From Opitutales bacterium (GTDB taxonomy: Bacteria; Verrucomicrobiota; Verrucomicrobiia; Opitutales; UBA9783), in the NCBI GenBank assembly GCA_017479315.1, contig JAFVCI010000002.1, positions 1 through 27,430 on the forward strand: 27,430 bases of DNA, in the 5' to 3' direction. A program made the translations under genes and the position numbers. Under the pieces are notes generated by a model. It made no database searches. It was not told where the DNA came from and saw nothing but the letters and a program-made list of their open reading frames with translations. Position 1 is the first letter of the stretch. Every line of letters begins with the position of its first letter. Positions 24,629-27,430 of the stretch are shown here, piece after piece.

Positions 24629-26794
24629 TTACCGAAAATCCGTCGGGTCTACATCCAAAATATCGATCACATTCGACGGCATTTGAAAACGTTGGCGCAG
24701 GTTTTGAAGTTGCGGAAGAAAAGAAGTTTCGTGCGGTACCAAATACAGCAGGTGCATGCGCCAATAACGATGGGCTTTGTTTATATAAGGCACGGCAGGA
24801 CCCATAATTTCAACGTCCTCGGATACGTTTTTTCGCAAAAAACCGTTCCATTGGTCGACGACGTAGCGAAGCGTTTTTTCGGAGAAACTTCGAAACAAAT
24901 GTCTGACCATGCGACGAAACGGCGGATAACGATGCTGTTTACGCAAAGCCGTTTCGCGATCCAAAAATCCGACGGTATCGTGTTCCAACGCGTACCGCAC
25001 CCAATCGGCTTCCGGCGAAAACGTTTGAAGCACAACTTCCCCGGGACGTTCGGCACGTCCGGCGCGCCCGCTCACTTGCACTAATAATTGAAACAAACGT
25101 TCCGAGGAACGAAAATCTTCCGCCGCGGTGATTAAATCCGCCTGAATGACGCCGACCAGCGTTAAATGCGGAAAATCCAGCCCTTTCGCCACCATCTGCG
25201 TGCCGATGAGAATATCGTACTTTCTCTGCAAAACCGCTTCATACCAATCGTTCTCTTTCGAAGCCGCATCCGAATCGAGTCGCAAAATGCGCGCGCGCTT
25301 GAAAAGTTGCTTCAAACAGGCTTCAATGCGTTGCGTTCCGAGACCGACGCTGAGTTTCATCGGCGAACGGCAGGCGGGACATCGGTCATACGCCGTAACG
25401 CGCGTATCGCAGATATGACACCGCAAGGTACGGTCGGTTTTGTGAAAAACCAAATAACTCTTACAGTTCGGACATTCCAAGCGCACGCGACACTTGGGGC
25501 AGTAGTAGTACGGTGCATATCCGCGGCGATTAAGGAATAACAGAGCCTGTTCGCCGCGATCCAGGCAGGCACTTAATTTTTCACGCAACAACGCCGACAG
25601 CACGAAGGAACCTTCAAAATTCGGCTTTTCGTAGCACATATCCGCCAAGGAAACCTTCGGTAACGGTTGCCCCGACGGGCGTTGTGTCAACATATGAAGT
25701 TCATAGTGCCCGCAACGAACTTCGTTCCAACTTTCCACGGACGGCGTTGCGGAACCCAAAACGCACGGTGCGTTGTTCAAACACGCGCGGTACAACGCCA
25801 AGTCGCGCCCGTGGTAGCGCGGGGTTTCCGATTGTTTGTAGGAAGGTTCGTGTTCCTCGTCGACGACGACCAAGCCGAGGTGTTTGAAAGGCAAAAACAC
25901 CGCGGAACGCGTTCCCAAAATCACATCCATCGTTCCGTTCAACGCTCCCTGCCACACCCGCATACGTTCGCCGTCCGAAAGCAGACTGTGCCAAAGTCCG
26001 ACGCGAATACCGTACGCCGATAAACGTAACTTTATTTTTGCCAGCGCCTGAGCGGAAAGCAGGATTTCGGGCACCAAATATAATGTCTGAAATTCGAGGT
26101 TTTTCGCTTCCGCCGTCAACGCATGATAAAGTTCGGTTTTTCCCGATCCCGTCACGCCGAACAGCAGATGCGCCGAAAATTTTCCTGCCCGTAACGCTGC
26201 CCGAAGTTTCTCGAAAACGCTTTCCTGCTCGTCGGTCAACGGCAACAGTGTATCGTTACTTTGAATTTCCGCCAGTGGTTGTTCGCAACGTTCGACATAT
26301 TTTTTTTCAATTAAACGTTTTAAAAGCGGCGTTCCTTTCGGAAAGTTTTTGCGAAATTCCGCTTCCGAGACAAAAGGATGTTGTTCGATCCAACGATAGA
26401 CAGATAACTGTTGCACGGCGCGCGACGAAAAAAGCGCCGTTACGTCGGTGATATGAAGAAAAAATTCTTTTTTAAATACTTTGCCGATGCGAAGAAACGC
26501 CGGCAGAGCCGTTTCGAGTACGGTACCGAGCGGGCACATGTAATAATCCGCAACCCGTTGAATGATCGCAAGGTTATCCTCACGTACCACGGGTGTTTCG
26601 TACAAAGCCCCTTCAACGGGAACCAACGCATAATCCGATTCGGGTGCGATGTTCGAAACCTTCGTCACCAGCCCTACCGTTCGTCGCCCTCTGACGCGAA
26701 CCTGCACCAACATGCCGACTTGGAGCGGTTGCGGTGCGGTATAAGTTAAAGCGCGGTCGACCGAACGCAACGGCAAAACATCGACATAAAACAT
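24629..26794 (-). CDS. priA: Primosomal protein N' (replication restart helicase)
   Basis: Walker A LFGVTGSGKTE, GTRSAVFLP, VVDEEHE, LGSATPS, FLNRRGYAP, four CxxC pairs and GRAGR. Confidence 0.98.
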   Translation of the reverse strand: MFYVDVLPLRSVDRALTYTAPQPLQVGMLVQVRVRGRRTVGLVTKVSNIAPESDYALVPVEGALYETPVVREDNLAIIQRVADYYMCPLGTVLETALPAFLRIGKVFKKEFFLHITDVTALFSSRAVQQLSVYRWIEQHPFVSEAEFRKNFPKGTPLLKRLIEKKYVERCEQPLAEIQSNDTLLPLTDEQESVFEKLRAALRAGKFSAHLLFGVTGSGKTELYHALTAEAKNLEFQTLYLVPEILLSAQALAKIKLRLSAYGIRVGLWHSLLSDGERMRVWQGALNGTMDVILGTRSAVFLPFKHLGLVVVDEEHEPSYKQSETPRYHGRDLALYRACLNNAPCVLGSATPSVESWNEVRCGHYELHMLTQRPSGQPLPKVSLADMCYEKPNFEGSFVLSALLREKLSACLDRGEQALLFLNRRGYAPYYYCPKCRVRLECPNCKSYLVFHKTDRTLRCHICDTRVTAYDRCPACRSPMKLSVGLGTQRIEACLKQLFKRARILRLDSDAASKENDWYEAVLQRKYDILIGTQMVAKGLDFPHLTLVGVIQADLITAAEDFRSSERLFQLLVQVSGRAGRAERPGEVVLQTFSPEADWVRYALEHDTVGFLDRETALRKQHRYPPFRRMVRHLFRSFSEKTLRYVVDQWNGFLRKNVSEDVEIMGPAVPYINKAHRYWRMHLLYLVPHETSFLPQLQNLRQRFQMPSNVIDILDVDPTDFR

Positions 26795-26795
26795 C

Positions 26796-27430
26796 TTACC
26801 ATGCGTAACTGGTTTTTACCGCCAAAAGATGCCCGTCGGGCGCAAAAATTTCAATCTTCCACGCAATCAAACTGTTCGAAACTTTCCGCTGCGCTTTTTC
26901 ATCAAGTTGTTCCGCTTTATGCGCGTCTTCTTTCTTTTTCATATCCCAGGGATTTGCCTTCTTTTGCTCCCAATCGCCTTGCTTTGCCGCTTCCGCGTTT
27001 TGCAACTCCTCCGCGGCTTCCTTTGAAACAATCCCTGTCGAAGCCGCATCGGTCATACCGAGCCAAATTTCGTTTTGGTACAACAGCGAATGTTTCACCT
27101 GCGGCATTATCCACGTGCGCACATGCTCCTGCGGCGAATCGCTTCCGATAAAGGTTATTTTAAACTCCGACTCCGCGGGTATCATCGATAAGGCGCAATC
27201 CAGCTTCACGATAAAGTACAAACCCGCCTTTTGGGTCAGATCGGAACGCACAATGATGCGCCCCATTTTGCTCTCTTCGTGCGTAAAAGCCTGAATAATG
27301 CCTTTGTAAGCATCTTCGGATTTCGAAACCAATGCTATGTCGTCCACCAAAACTTTCGTTAATGTATAACGTTTCCGCTTCTCTTTCGGGGTGACGGTCT
27401 TCGGCTTACGCGGAACATTCCCGTGTAATG
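26796..27430 (-). CDS. Hypothetical protein, 5' end beyond the window
   Basis: The frame stays open from the window edge (…LHGNVPRKPKTVTPKEKRKRYTLTKVLVDD…) to TAA at 26796-26798, 1 nt before the priA ATG. Pattern IIVRSD...AGLYFIV...LGMT...IAWK....DG..LA..S..W. Confidence 0.8.
   Translation of the reverse strand, partial: LHGNVPRKPKTVTPKEKRKRYTLTKVLVDDIALVSKSEDAYKGIIQAFTHEESKMGRIIVRSDLTQKAGLYFIVKLDCALSMIPAESEFKITFIGSDSPQEHVRTWIMPQVKHSLLYQNEIWLGMTDAASTGIVSKEAAEELQNAEAAKQGDWEQKKANPWDMKKKEDAHKAEQLDEKAQRKVSNSLIAWKIEIFAPDGHLLAVKTSYAW

Overview
Bacterial chromosomal window of roughly 50% GC (estimated by eye). The host is probably a Verrucomicrobiota (Opitutales/Puniceicoccales-like) organism, inferred from my recall of the L33 sequence type and the hypothetical-priA arrangement, not from a database search. 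Positions 1-8153 hold a non-flagellar, Ysc-family type III secretion operon (sctF-G-I-J-K-L-N-O-P-Q-R) that stops after sctR with no sctS/T/U. It is followed by about 620 nt (8337-8958) of almost back-to-back, G-U-rich plus-strand hairpins with repeated loop motifs. This candidate large structured RNA overlaps a 79-aa signal-peptide ORF and is the most unusual element in the window. The rest is mostly housekeeping: doxX-like, tig, clpP, clpX, rsmE, rpmG (missed by the ORF track), a GlmU-like LbH protein, mgtE, a YhaM-like HD protein, a pseudouridine synthase, folD, an RDD protein, a GT9 heptosyltransferase and priA. Interspersed are lower-GC orphan genes for exported proteins, including a tandem pair of Cys/His-motif paralogs with Lys/Arg-rich NLS-like tails that are candidate host-directed effectors.
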